From: an uncultured delta proteobacterium
Lineage (GTDB): Bacteria > Myxococcota_A > Polyangia > Fen-1088
NCBI GenBank assembly: GCA_963767925.1
Contig: CAVYGB010000008.1
Location: 1,376,001 to 1,440,000 of the forward strand
Length of the DNA: 64,000 nt
Reading direction: 5' to 3'
How positions within the stretch are numbered: the first letter of the stretch is position 1; each line of letters begins with the position of its first letter. This document shows, piece after piece, positions 23,137-34,780 of the stretch. The position numbers were made by a program, and so were the translations under genes. The notes below the pieces were generated by a model. That model searched no databases. It had not been told where the DNA came from and saw only the letters and a list, made by a program, of their open reading frames with translations.

Positions 23137-26100
23137 TGCCCGGGGGGTGGAGGCCAGGTTCACGACGGAGAGGTCCGACGGTGCGGATGTCAGAGCGTAA
23201 ACGGGGTGTGATGGTGGTGGGGTTGGTCCTGTCGGCGCTCATCGCGGACCGAGCGGCGCTGGCCCAGGCCCGGGGGCTTGTCGAATCGGTGACCGCCTCC
23301 GAGGCGGAGGAGGGGGTGACCTCGGTGTGGATCGGGGTCTCGGCCCGCCCCACCTTCACGACCTGGAAGCTCGAGCAGCCGGCCCGGGTCGTGATCGACA
23401 TCAGCGGCACCCGCCTGGGCCCGGTCAACGTGCCCTTCGATGCCGGCACCTTCGCGGTGGGGGCCGTCTCGGCCATCGCCAGTGACGGCGACGGCGGGGC
23501 CCGCACGCGGGTTGTGCTCACCCTGCGCCGGGCGGCTGACTATGACGTCGAGAGCAGCGGCAACCGGATCACGGTCCGGGTGCGGCCCCACGATCGCCCG
23601 GCGGCCCCGGGCGGGCCGGAGGTCGCCCGCCTGAAGAACGAGGCAGCGACGGCCCGGCAGCAGGCCGAGACCCGTCGAGGCGAGGCGAACCAGGCACGCA
23701 GCGAGGCCCTCGATCTCGCCGGCAAGCTGTCCCAGGAACGCCGGGCCCTCGAGCTCGAGCGCCAGAAGATCAAGCAGGCGGAGCAGGCGGCGGCAGAGGC
23801 CGCCCGGCGGCTGGCGGCGGAGCGGACCGAGACCGAACGGGCCCGGGCCGAAGCCGATCGCCTGCGCGCCGAGGCGGCCAGCGCTCAGAAGCTGGCCCAG
23901 AAGGAGCGGGCCGCGGCCGAGGTGGCCCTGGCGTCGGCCCAGGCCGCCCAGAAGAGCGCCGAGGAGCGCCTGCGCAAGGGGCGCGCCGAACACGGGCTGA
24001 AGCTCGACTCCGAGATGGCCCAGGCCCGGGCGGAGACCGAACGGGCCCGCGGGACCGCCGACCGCGCCACCGCCGAGGTGGCCCGGCTGGCCAAGGAACG
24101 GACCGCGCTCGCCTCTCTGCGCGCCGAGCTCGACCGGCGCCAGCAGGCACTGGCCAGCGCCGAGACCGACGTGCGCCGGACGCAGCACCAGACCGACCAG
24201 CTGCGCCAGCGCATGGAGGAGGCCCGCTCGAAAGAGGAGGCCCGCAGCGGCGCGGCCCGGGCGGCGGCCGAGCGGCTCGCCCAGCAGCGCGAGCAGCTCG
24301 ACGCCAAGCTAACGGCCCAGGAGGAGCAGCGGCGCCGCCTCACGGCCGCCGAGCAGCTCGTGACCCAGCGGGACGAGGCCGTCAAGCGAGCGGCCCAGGA
24401 TCTGGAGCGCCGGGAGCAGGCGTCCCGGGCGGCCGCCGCCCGTTTGACCGGGCTGGCCCGTCAGGTAGGCGCCACCCAGGCGGCCAAGGACGAGGCGAGC
24501 GCCGCGCTGGCCGCGGCCGAGGCCGAGCGAACCAGCGCCGCCCAGGCGGCCCAGCGGAGCCGGCGGGAGCTGGAGCAGGCGGTGTCCAACCGCCGCCTCG
24601 AGGACGAACGCCGGTCGGCCCTCGAGCTCGAGCGCAAGGCCGAAGAGCAGCGGCTGGCCAGCGCGGCCACCCGCCGGGCCGACGAGGAGTCGCGGCTGGC
24701 CCAGGCCACGGAGGCCCGCCGCCGCGAGGAGCGCCGGATGGCGGAGATCTCCGCAACCCGCGACAAGCTCGAGCTCGACCGGGCCCGCCTGGAAGACGAG
24801 CGCCAGAAGCTGGTAGGGGAGCTGGGGCGGCTGCGCAAGACCGCCGCCGTGGCCCTGGCCCCGTCGGCGCCGTCCCCCCGACCGCCGGCCGCCGCGCCGG
24901 CGCCGCCCCCCGCCCCGACGGTCGCAGCTCCGGCGAAGGTGGCCCTGGCGGACAGCCCGGCCCGGGCGCCGGCCGCCTCCCCGGTGCTGGCCCGGCCCTT
25001 CAGCGTCACCCTGCGCGCTCCCAGCCGCATCCAGCGCATCGACTTCGTGGACGAGCCGGCCCGGGCCTCGGTCATCATCGATCTCGACGAGCCTTCGTCC
25101 TTCCGGATCCAGCAGACGGGAGGCCGCCGGGTGAGCCTGCACCTCTTCAAGACCGAGGTTCCGCGCGGCCTGGAGCGCTCCCTCGACGCCACCGAATACC
25201 TGGGACCGATCCGGGTGATCAGCACCTACCGGGACCCGGCCCAGCGGGACGCCGTCCGCATCGACGTCGACATGGCGGAGGACGTGCCCAACACCATTCG
25301 CCAGGACGGATCCCGCCTGTACTGGGACTTCCGCAAGAGCCCCTCGTCGCAGTCCCCCTGGTCGGAGTCGGTCCGCTGGCCCCGCAAGCTGGCCGGCTAC
25401 TCGAACGCCGGCCTGGCGCCGATCATCGAGGGCAGCCTCCTGGCCCAGGCCGCCGGCAGCTCGGGCGCCTCGGTGCGCACCTCGGCCAACAACAAGAAAC
25501 GCTACACCGGCCGGCGCATCGACCTCGACTTCAAGGGCGCCGACATCCACAACATCCTGCGCCTGCTCGCCGACGTCGGCGTGGTCAACATCGTGACCTC
25601 CGACGACGTCAAGGGTGAGGTCACCATCAAGATGCGCGACGTCCCCTGGGACCAGGCCCTCGACGTGGTCCTGCGACAGAAGCAGCTCGGCCAGGTCCGC
25701 GAAGGCAACCTGATCCGGGTGGCCCCTCTGGCGGTGCTGGAGAAGGAGCTGGAGCAGGAGATCGCTCGCCAGAAGCAGATCACCGAGGTGCTGCCCACCG
25801 AGACCCGCCTGATCGGCGTGTCCTACGCCGACGCCAAGAGCCTGATGGACCGGGGCCGCGACCTGCTCTCGCCGCGCGGCAAGATCTCGGTCGACGAGCG
25901 CACCAACACGCTCATCGTGTCGGACGTGGCCCGCAACCTGGCGCTGGTCGAGGAGCTCATCCGCAACCTCGACACCCAGACCTCGCAGGTGGTCATCGAG
26001 GCCCGCATCGTCGAGGCCCGCTCGACCTTCGTCCGGCAGATCGGCGTGCAGTGGGGCGGGACCGGCTTCGCCGACACCGCGCACGGCAACCCCACCGGGC

Positions 26101-26814
26101 TCGTCTTCCCGCACAACATCGGGATCGGCGGCGGCGCCACCGACGGGAACACGCCCCTGGAGGGCCTGGTGCCGGGTCCCCGCTCGGGGACCGCGGTGGC
26201 CAGCCCCAACTTCGCGGTCAACATGCCGGCCGCCGTCGGCGCCGGGAGCCGGTGGCGCGATCGGCCTGACCCTGGGCTCGGTGGCGGGGGCCTTCAACCT
26301 GAACCTGCGGCTCTCGGCCATGGAATCGACGGGCCAGGTTCGCATTCTTTCCTCGCCACGCATCTCCACTCTGGACAATCATGAGGCGTCCATCGAGCAG
26401 GGCGTCTCCATCCCCATCTCGGTGGTCAGCGCCCAGGGCGTGCAAACCGTGTTCGTCGACGCCAAGCTCAACCTGACCGTGAAGCCCCACGTCACCAACG
26501 ATGGGACCGTGATGATGGACGTCACGGTCACCCGCAACGAGCCCGACTTCGTCAACACGGGCGCCCGCGGCGATCCCACCATCTTGAAGAAGGAGGCCAA
26601 CACCGTGATGCTGGTGCGCGACGGCGACACCGCCGTCATCGGCGGCATCTATCAGCGCAACTCCGGTCTCAGCTACGCCAAGGTGCCCTTCCTGGCCGAC
26701 ATCCCCGTGCTGGGCGCGCTCTTCCGCACCCGCCGGGAAAACGACGACCGGACCGAGTTCCTGGTCTTCATCACCCCCCGGATCGCGAACCGTGGACGTG
26801 CGCTCGGACAATGA
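23133..26814 (+). CDS. pilQ: Type IV pilus secretin PilQ with AMIN domains and a long coiled-coil insert (frameshift near 26250)
   Basis: PARVVIDI AMIN, IDLDFKGADI...VPWDQALD N0 domain, DERTNTL, QVVIEARIVEA, ILSSPRI, KVPFLADIPVLGALFR, LVFITPRI. Confidence 0.92.
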
Positions 26815-27346
26815 ACATCGACCGGGGAGACCCGTCGTGATCATCGGTTTCATGGGGACGGGAAAGACCACGGTGGGGCGCCTGCTGGCGGAGCGGATGG
26901 GGCGCCGGTTCGTCGATCTCGACGAGGCCATCAGCGCCCAGGCGGGCCATTCCATCGCCGACATCTTCCGCTCGGGCGGCGAGGCGGCCTTCCGCCGGCT
27001 CGAGCAGGAGGCGCTCACCCGGGCCCTGGCCGAGCCCGACACGGTGCTGGCCACCGGCGGGGGGGCCGCCTGTCGGGAGCCGAACCTGTCCCTGATGCTC
27101 GAGGCGGGGCGGGTGGTGGCCCTCTCCGCGCCCCCCGAGGAGGTCCTGCGTCGCACCGGTCGGCTGTCGGGCCGCCCCCTGCTCGATGGGGCGACCGATC
27201 CGCTGGAGGCGGCCCGGGATCTGCTGCGGCAGCGCGAGCCGTTTTACGCCCGCGCGCACATCCGGATCGACACGGTCGAAAAAGGGCCCGAGCAGGTGGT
27301 GGCCGAGGTGCTCGCAGCGCTGGGCAAGGAGAGGGAGCTGTCATGA
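26792..27346 (+). CDS. aroK: Shikimate kinase
   Basis: GFMGTGKT, DLD, GEAAFRRLE, ATGGG, RPLL, REPFY. Confidence 0.93.
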   Translation: MDVRSDNEHRPGRPVVIIGFMGTGKTTVGRLLAERMGRRFVDLDEAISAQAGHSIADIFRSGGEAAFRRLEQEALTRALAEPDTVLATGGGAACREPNLSLMLEAGRVVALSAPPEEVLRRTGRLSGRPLLDGATDPLEAARDLLRQREPFYARAHIRIDTVEKGPEQVVAEVLAALGKERELS

Positions 27347-28134
27347 AGCGGGTGGATAGAGGCGTGTGGTTCTTGACTGTGGGCGGGCTGCTTCTCCTGA
27401 CCGCCTGCACGGACGCGAATGGATCGCTCGTCGTGGTCCAGGCTCAGGTCCCAGACGACTCCTGTGCTGTGTCCGACTCTGCCGATGACATGGCCCGGCT
27501 GGAGTCGGGCGTCCTCGACGTCGCCCTGGACCAGCTCTACTCGTACAAGCTGTTTCCCCTGGTGCAGAACAACCTGCTGCCCCTGGCCGCCGACAACGAC
27601 ATCGAGGCCAACCGCGTCTCGGTGACCGGGGCCCGGGTGAAGATCGTGCCGCCCACCGGGGTCACGGTCCCCTTCCGCGGCGACTGCGCCGCCGAGTTCG
27701 ACCACCCCAGCCAATCGACCATCGATCCCGGGAGTCAGCGGGCGATACGGGTCGAGGCGGTACGGGCCTGCCATGCTTCCCTCTTCCAGGAGCTCTTCAA
27801 GCAGGGCGCGCTCAACCCCGCGGTGGGTGAGAGCGTGTATTTCCGGGTCATCGTGCGCATAAAGGGGACCCACGGCGGCACCCAGATCCTGTCCGACCCC
27901 TTCGAGTTCCCGGTCCGGATCTGCTACGGCTGCCTGCAGACGGGCTTTTCGGGCCCCTATTCGCTGTTCAACTTCCCCCGGACGCCGCCGTGCAGCGCCC
28001 TCGACGACAACCCGTTCCTGGGCAACCGGTGCGGCCCCGCCCAGGACTTCGGGCCCATCCTCTGCTGCGCCCGCGACGAGCAGGGGACCGTCCTGCAATG
28101 CCCGGCGGTCCCCGCTGGCTCCGGGACGCCGTGA
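27343..28134 (+). CDS. Cys-rich putative lipoprotein of unknown function
   Basis: Lipobox LTAC; ten further Cys including CYGC and CC; coding-type GC3 bias. Confidence 0.8.
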   Translation: MKRVDRGVWFLTVGGLLLLTACTDANGSLVVVQAQVPDDSCAVSDSADDMARLESGVLDVALDQLYSYKLFPLVQNNLLPLAADNDIEANRVSVTGARVKIVPPTGVTVPFRGDCAAEFDHPSQSTIDPGSQRAIRVEAVRACHASLFQELFKQGALNPAVGESVYFRVIVRIKGTHGGTQILSDPFEFPVRICYGCLQTGFSGPYSLFNFPRTPPCSALDDNPFLGNRCGPAQDFGPILCCARDEQGTVLQCPAVPAGSGTP

Positions 28135-28141
28135 TCGCGCC

Positions 28142-28171
28142 TTGACACCTCCGTCGGCCAGGGTCTAAATC
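28142..28171 (+). promoter_or_regulatory. Putative sigma70-type promoter for the roadblock gene
   Basis: Perfect TTGACA at 28142 and AT-rich TAAAT about 18 nt downstream; imperfect -10. Confidence 0.45.
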
Positions 28172-28183
28172 GGGGCGAACAGG

Positions 28184-28543
28184 ATGTTCCGGGACAGCCT
28201 TCAGAAGCTGGTCGAGCGGGTCGAGGGGGGCGTCGCCGGCATCCTCATGGGGTTCGACGGCATCTCCGTCGAGGCCTACACCCGCCCCAACGAGGCCGGC
28301 GCCGACATCCAGACCGTCGGTATGGAGCTGGCCCACGTCATCGGACAGGTGCGCCGGGCCGCCGAGCTGCTGGAGGTCGGTCGGCTGTCGGAGGTCATCG
28401 TGCGGGCCGACAAGATGGTGGTGCTCGTGCGGGCCCTCAACGACGAGTATTTCCTCGCCTTCGCCTTGCGGCCTGCGGGCAACTTCGGCAAGGCACGCTA
28501 CGTGCTCCGGTTGCTCGCGCCCAAGATCCAGGCTGAATTGTGA
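28184..28543 (+). CDS. mglC: Roadblock/LC7-domain protein, MglC-like
   Basis: [17 protein letters not shown] roadblock signature; position between pilQ and accBC as recalled for myxobacterial mglC. Confidence 0.72.
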   Translation: MFRDSLQKLVERVEGGVAGILMGFDGISVEAYTRPNEAGADIQTVGMELAHVIGQVRRAAELLEVGRLSEVIVRADKMVVLVRALNDEYFLAFALRPAGNFGKARYVLRLLAPKIQAEL

Positions 28544-29084
28544 CGTCCCGGCCGCGCAGCCCACGGGGCTCACGGGACGGCCGGCGGGATGGACAGGGGC
28601 AGACAGGGGCAGGAGGAGGGGGCAGGGGCCCGACATCGGCCAGGGTCCTGGTCCTGCACGGGCCCAACCTCAATTTGCTGGGGACCCGGGAGCCGGACGT
28701 CTACGGGACTGTCACGCTGCCTCAGATCGATGCCGGCCTGCAGGCCGCCGCCCGGGACCTCGGGTTGGCGCTGGACACGTTTCAGTCCAACCACGAAGGC
28801 GCGCTGATCGACCGGGTCCAGGCCGCCCGTAAGGACTGTGCCGCGATCATCATCAATCCCGGAGGCTACACCCACACCAGCGTGGCCCTGCGCGATGCTC
28901 TGGCGGCGGTGGGCCTTCCGGTGATAGAGGTTCACCTCAGCAACGTGGCTGCCCGCGAAGAATTCCGACATCGATCCCTGATCGCTCCCATCTCGGTGGG
29001 TCAGATCGTCGGGCTGGGAGCGGTCGGGTACCGCCTGGCGCTCGAAGCGGTGGCCCACATCCTCGAGAAAGGAAGCGCGCTTCG

Positions 29085-29088
<4 letters not shown>
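28540..29088 (+). CDS. aroQ: Type II 3-dehydroquinate dehydratase
   Basis: [47 protein letters not shown]. Confidence 0.95.
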
Positions 29089-29585
<497 letters not shown>

Positions 29586-29600
29586 GCCGGACACCCGGTC

Positions 29601-30926
29601 GTGTTCAAGAAGGTCCTCATCGCCAATCGGGGCGAGATCGCCCTGCGGGTCATCCGGACCTGCCGGGAGATGGGCGCCCGTTCGGTCGCCGTGCACTCCA
29701 CCGCCGACGCCGACGCCCTGCACGTCCGCTTCGCCGACGAGAAGGTCTGCATCGGGCCGCCGCCGGCCCGGGCCAGCTACCTGAACGTCGCCGCCCTCAT
29801 CAGCGCGGCCGAGGTCACCGGCGCTGACGCCGTCCACCCCGGCTACGGCTTCCTCTCCGAAAACGCCGAGTTCGCCGAGGTCGTGGAAAAGTGCGGCCTC
29901 ATCTGGATCGGCCCGCAGCCCAAGGTCATGCGCACCATGGGCGACAAGGTGTCCGCCCGCAGCACCATGGCCGCGGCGGGGGTCCCGATCTTGCCCGGCA
30001 CCGGCGCGATCGAGAGCGAACGCGAGGCCCTCGAGGCCGTCGAGCGCATCGGCCTGCCGGTCATCATCAAGGCGGCGGGCGGCGGGGGCGGTCGGGGCAT
30101 GAAGATCGTCGAGGACCGCACCCGGCTGGGCGCTCAGCTCCAGGCGGCGCGAGCCGAGGCCCAGGCCGGCTTCGGCAACCCGACCGTCTACATCGAACGG
30201 TACATCGGGCGCCCCCGCCACATCGAGGTGCAGGTGCTCGGCGACGGCCGCAACGCCATCGCCCTGGGCGAGCGGGAGTGCTCGATCCAGCGCCGTCATC
30301 AGAAGCTGGTGGAGGAGGCCCCCTCGGTGGCGCTCGACGACAACCGGCGGGAGGAGCTGCTGCGCCTGGCCCGGAACGCCACCGCCGCCCTCGGCTACAA
30401 GACCGTGGGAACGCTCGAGTTCCTGCTGGACGAGGACCGCCGCTTCTACTTCATGGAGATGAACACGCGCATCCAGGTCGAGCACACCGTCACCGAAGAG
30501 GTGTTCGGGGTCGATCTGGTGCGCGAGCAGATGCGGCTGGCGGCGGGCGAGCCCCTGCGCCTGGGCGGGGACCTGCGCCCGCGCGGCCACGCCATCGAGG
30601 TGCGGATCAACGCCGAGGACCCGGTCACCTTTGCGCCTTCGCCCGGTGTCATCACCGCCCTCCACCTGCCGGGGGGCCCGGGCGTGCGGATCGACACCCA
30701 CATCTACACCAACTACCGCGTCCCTCCCAACTACGACTCGCTGCTGGCCAAGCTGATCGTCCGCGCCGACAACCGGCCGGCGGCGGTGGCGCGGCTCCGG
30801 CGGGCGCTCGGCCGAGTTCGTGGTGGAGGGCACCCAAGACCAACATCCCCTTTTTCCAGCGCCTCATCGAACATCCCGGACTTCATCGCGGGTCGTCTCG
30901 ACACCCACCTCATCGAGCGCATGTAG
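29601..30926 (+). CDS. accC: Biotin carboxylase (net-compensating indels at ~30810-30875)
   Basis: IANRGEIA, HPGYGFLSEN, GGGGRGM, RHIEVQ, CSIQRRHQK, EMNTRIQVEH, YDSLLAKL. Confidence 0.95.
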   Translation: MFKKVLIANRGEIALRVIRTCREMGARSVAVHSTADADALHVRFADEKVCIGPPPARASYLNVAALISAAEVTGADAVHPGYGFLSENAEFAEVVEKCGLIWIGPQPKVMRTMGDKVSARSTMAAAGVPILPGTGAIESEREALEAVERIGLPVIIKAAGGGGGRGMKIVEDRTRLGAQLQAARAEAQAGFGNPTVYIERYIGRPRHIEVQVLGDGRNAIALGERECSIQRRHQKLVEEAPSVALDDNRREELLRLARNATAALGYKTVGTLEFLLDEDRRFYFMEMNTRIQVEHTVTEEVFGVDLVREQMRLAAGEPLRLGGDLRPRGHAIEVRINAEDPVTFAPSPGVITALHLPGGPGVRIDTHIYTNYRVPPNYDSLLAKLIVRADNRPAAVARLRRALGRVRGGGHPRPTSPFSSASSNIPDFIAGRLDTHLIERM

Positions 30927-31079
30927 CGGACGCGCGCCGGAGCGAGCGGGAGAAAAAAGCGGCTCTGATGGCCTGCGGCGAGCGCGGCCGTTGTCGTCGG
31001 CGACGGCCGTGAAATCCCACCGTCCTCGCTTTACAGGCGGGAGGTTAGCAGTAACACTCGGTAAAAGGCGGATCGTCCC

Positions 31080-33738
31080 GTGGTGACCAAGAAGGACAAG
31101 TTCCTGGCTTCCGCCCAGAAGCTCCTCGAGCGAGGCAGCCTCGACAAGGCCCTGGCGGACTTCCTGAAAGCCGCCCAGGAGGACCCCAAGGACACGAGGA
31201 CCTGGCTGCGCATCGCCGAGATCCACGTCAAGCGCGGCGAGAACCCGCAGGCCACGCAGGTATATCTGAAGACCGCCGAGCTCTACGTCGAGCAGGGGTT
31301 CTTCCAGCGGGCGGTCGCGGTCTACAAGAACGTCCTGAAGCTGACGCCCGGCCACACCGACGCCCACTTCAAGCTGGCCGACGTCTACAAGCAGCTCGGC
31401 CTCTTCTCGGACGCCGCACAGCAATACGACCACGCCGCTTCGGCGTTCCAGCGGGCCGGCCGGCTCAAGGAAGCGATCTCGGCGATCTGCGCAGATCGTG
31501 GAGATGAACCCGGATCAGGTGATGTCGCGCGTGCGCCTGGCCGAGCTGGCCGCGCAGGCGGGCAACAACGAGGACGCCGCCCGGGAGTTCGGGCGGGCGG
31601 CCGAGCAGCTCGAGGAGCAGGGGCGGGTCGACGACTACCTCCGGGTGGCGGAGCGGTTGCTGGCCATCCAGCCCGACCACCACCCGCTCGCGCGCAAGGT
31701 CGCGGTCCGCCACCTGGAACGGCAGAACCCCCGGGCCGCGCTGGCCAAGCTGCAGGCCTGTTACAACGCCGACGCGACCGATCCCGACACGCTGGGCCTG
31801 CTGGCCAACACCTTCGAGCAGCTCGGACAGCCCGACAAGACACTGTCGGTCCTCAAGCAGCTCGCCAAGGTGTACGAGGACCGGCGGATGACCGCCGAGC
31901 GCACCCAGACCATCCAGCGCATCCTGCAGCTCGACCCCTCCGACCCCCTGGGCGCCCCGGCCCGCCCGCCCGCCGACGATCGCTTCGCCGGCAGCGGCCG
32001 CAACGAGGGCAAGAAGCCCCGCCGGGAAGCGCCGATCACGTTCAGCGAGCTCGAGGTCCCTCCCACCGTGACGCAGCGGCGGACCGATCTGCCCCCCGAG
32101 GGGGCGCCCGACCTGTCCGAGCTCGAGCGCGAGCAAACCCAGGCCGAGGTGCGCCGCCTGCTCACCGAGACCGATCTCTTCGTCAAATACAGCCTGTGCG
32201 AGCGGGCGGCCGAACACGTGCGCAAGGTGTTCGGGCTCAACCCGGAGCACACCGGCGCCCACGAACGCCTCATCGCGATCTTGATCCAGCTCGGCCGCCG
32301 GGCCGAGGCCATCGAGGAGCTCGGGATCCTCGCCGATCGCTTGCTGGCCAGCGACAAGTTGGCGGCCGAGCGCCACCTGCGCCGCGCGCTCGAGCTCGAT
32401 CCCCACGCGACCGGGGCCCGCCGCATGCTCGACCGGATGGAGGGGGACGCTTCGGAGCTCGACAGCTCGGAGCTGGAAGAGTCCCTCGAGCTCGAGCTGG
32501 CCGACCCCCTGCCCGGGGCCGAGGAGAGCGCCCCCAGCGGCCCCATCGTGGATGCCACGGACTTCGAGGGGTTCCGCGTCCCGGATCGACCGGCCGCCCA
32601 GCCGCCGATTCCCATCCAGGCCCAGGGGGACGCCGAGACGTCCTTCGACTGGGACAAGCAGCCCTCCGATGCCGGACCGAGCCCGATCACCTTCGAGCCC
32701 ACGCCCCCACCGAGCACCGAGGATGAATTCGAGGGTAGCTTCGTCCCGGGCCTGGATCTGCGCCTGGGCCGGGACGAACCGGTCCGCGAAGCCCCCGAGC
32801 CCGAACCGGAACCCGAGCTGCGCGCGCAGAGCGAGGTGCGCGACCTGTCGCCGGGCAGCTTCGACGAGTTCGAGGTGGACCTGGAGGCCGCGACGCCGAT
32901 GCCGGGCGGGCCGGGCGCAGGCCCACCAGCCAGCGCCCCGCCCCCGACCTTCGAGGCCGCTCTCGATGACACCGTGCTCGGCGAGCTCGAGCAGGTCGAC
33001 TTCTTTCTGGACCAGCAACTCGGCGACGAGGCACGCAGCGTGCTCGACGAGATCGACCCGGCCTACGCCGACCACCCCGAGGTGGCGGCCCGGCGCCGCC
33101 GCCTGGCCGACCTCCCCGAGGCCCCGGCGGAGTTCGCGCCCCAGGTGGCGGTGGCCCCCGACGACGAGCTGAGCCTGGGCTCCCGGACCGGTGCGGTCCC
33201 GGGAGGACCTTTCGAGGACCTGTCCCGCGACGGCCGACGGGAGCCGAACATCACGCCCCGGGCAGTCGTCGCCTCCGGCGATGGCGACGCCACCACCCAG
33301 CGCGACCTGGGGATCGCCTACAAGGAGATGGGCCTCTTCGACGCGGCGGTGGCGGAGTTCGGCAAGCTCGTCGACGACCCGGAGCACGAGGTCTTCGCCC
33401 TCACGATGATGGGCGAGTGTTACGAATCGCGAGGCGCACCCGCCGAGGCGCTGCTGCACTACAAGAAGGCCCTCAACCGCCCCGGGGTCCGCGACGAGGA
33501 GGCGACCCAGCTCTACTACCAGCTCGGCCGGGTGTTCCACACCCTGGGCGACGAGAGCGAGGCCCTCTATTTCTTCGAGAAGGTCGCCCGCCGGTCCCCA
33601 AAACACGAGGACGTCGCCCAGCGGATCCAGACCCTCCGGGCCCAGGGGGTGGCGCCGCTGCCCGGCGCGAACGCGGCCAGCGGCGACGATCGCCCGCGCC
33701 TGGATGCGGCGCGGGGCGGAAACAGCAACCGGCGCTGA
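31080..33738 (+). CDS. sgmX: SgmX-like TPR protein (N-terminal TPRs, acidic/Pro linker, C-terminal TPRs; frameshift near 31485)
   Basis: KDKFLASAQKLLERG start, TPR array, DLGIAYKEMGL C-terminal TPR block; directly after accC in a pil-roadblock locus. Confidence 0.72.
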
Positions 33739-33777
33739 TTCCGCCCAAAATTTGCCCCTCGGGATTATCTTCCGGGG

Positions 33778-34719
33778 GTGACGTCCCTCATCGACCGCGC
33801 CGCCGACTACTTTCGCGACCTGCAAGACCGCATCGTCGAGGCGCTCGAGCGGGTGGATGGCCACCGCTTCGGGGAGGACCGCTGGGAGCGAGCCGGGGGC
33901 GGCGGCGGCCGCAGCCGCGTGCTCAGCGAGGGGAGGGTGTTCGAGAAGGCCGGGGTCAACTTCTCGGACGTCCACGGCGAGCTGCGGCCGGACATGCCGG
34001 TCTCGATGCCCGGCAGCGGGACCCGCTTCCGGGCCTGCGGCGTCTCGCTGGTCCTGCACCCCCGCAGCCCTCATATCCCCACCGTCCACGCCAACTTCCG
34101 GCGGATCGAGCGGGGCCCGGCCGGCTGGTTCGGAGGGGGGTCCGACCTGACGCCCTACTACCTGACCGAGGCGGACGCCGTGCACTTCCACCGTACCCTG
34201 AAGGGCGCCTGCGATCGGCACGATCCCGGCTTGTTCCCGCGGTTCAAGGCCTGGTGCGACCGGTATTTCTTCATCCCTCACCGCGGCGAGTCGCGTGGCC
34301 TGGGGGGCGTCTTCTTCGACTACCTCGGTGCCGGCACCGAAGGACAGGCGGGCGAGAAGCTGTGGCCCGATTCGAGCGCGGTGGAGTCCGATTCCGAGCG
34401 CGCCTTCGCCTTCCTGAAGGACGTGGGGGAGGCCTTCTTGCCCGCGTATCTTCCCATCGTCGACCAGCACAAGCAGCGGGACTGGACCCCTGAGGAGCGC
34501 CGCTGGCAGCTCATCCGGCGGGGGCGTTACGTCGAGTTCAACCTGGTCTACGATCGGGGTACTGTCTTCGGGCTCAAGACCGACGGCCGGGTGGAATCCA
34601 TCCTCATGTCGCTGCCAAACGAAGCGCGCTGGGAGTATGCTCACGAGCCGGCCCCCGGGAGTCGGGAGGCGGCCATGCAAGCCGCGCTCAAGGCACAGCG
34701 AGATTGGGCGAACGGTTGA
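33778..34719 (+). CDS. hemF: Oxygen-dependent coproporphyrinogen III oxidase
   Basis: FEKAGVNFS, GVSLVLHP, PTVHANFR, WFGGGSDLTP, RRGRYVEFNLVYDRGT, ESILMSLP. Confidence 0.95.
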   Translation: MTSLIDRAADYFRDLQDRIVEALERVDGHRFGEDRWERAGGGGGRSRVLSEGRVFEKAGVNFSDVHGELRPDMPVSMPGSGTRFRACGVSLVLHPRSPHIPTVHANFRRIERGPAGWFGGGSDLTPYYLTEADAVHFHRTLKGACDRHDPGLFPRFKAWCDRYFFIPHRGESRGLGGVFFDYLGAGTEGQAGEKLWPDSSAVESDSERAFAFLKDVGEAFLPAYLPIVDQHKQRDWTPEERRWQLIRRGRYVEFNLVYDRGTVFGLKTDGRVESILMSLPNEARWEYAHEPAPGSREAAMQAALKAQRDWANG

Positions 34720-34780
34720 GCCTCGACCCGGGCTCCCGGGCGGGTCTCCCCGCATAGGCATACAATGAGGCGACAGGACC

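Noticed and set aside
30927..31079. Riboswitch or sRNA between accC and sgmX
   Set aside because: GC hairpins present but no recognisable family motif or U-tract
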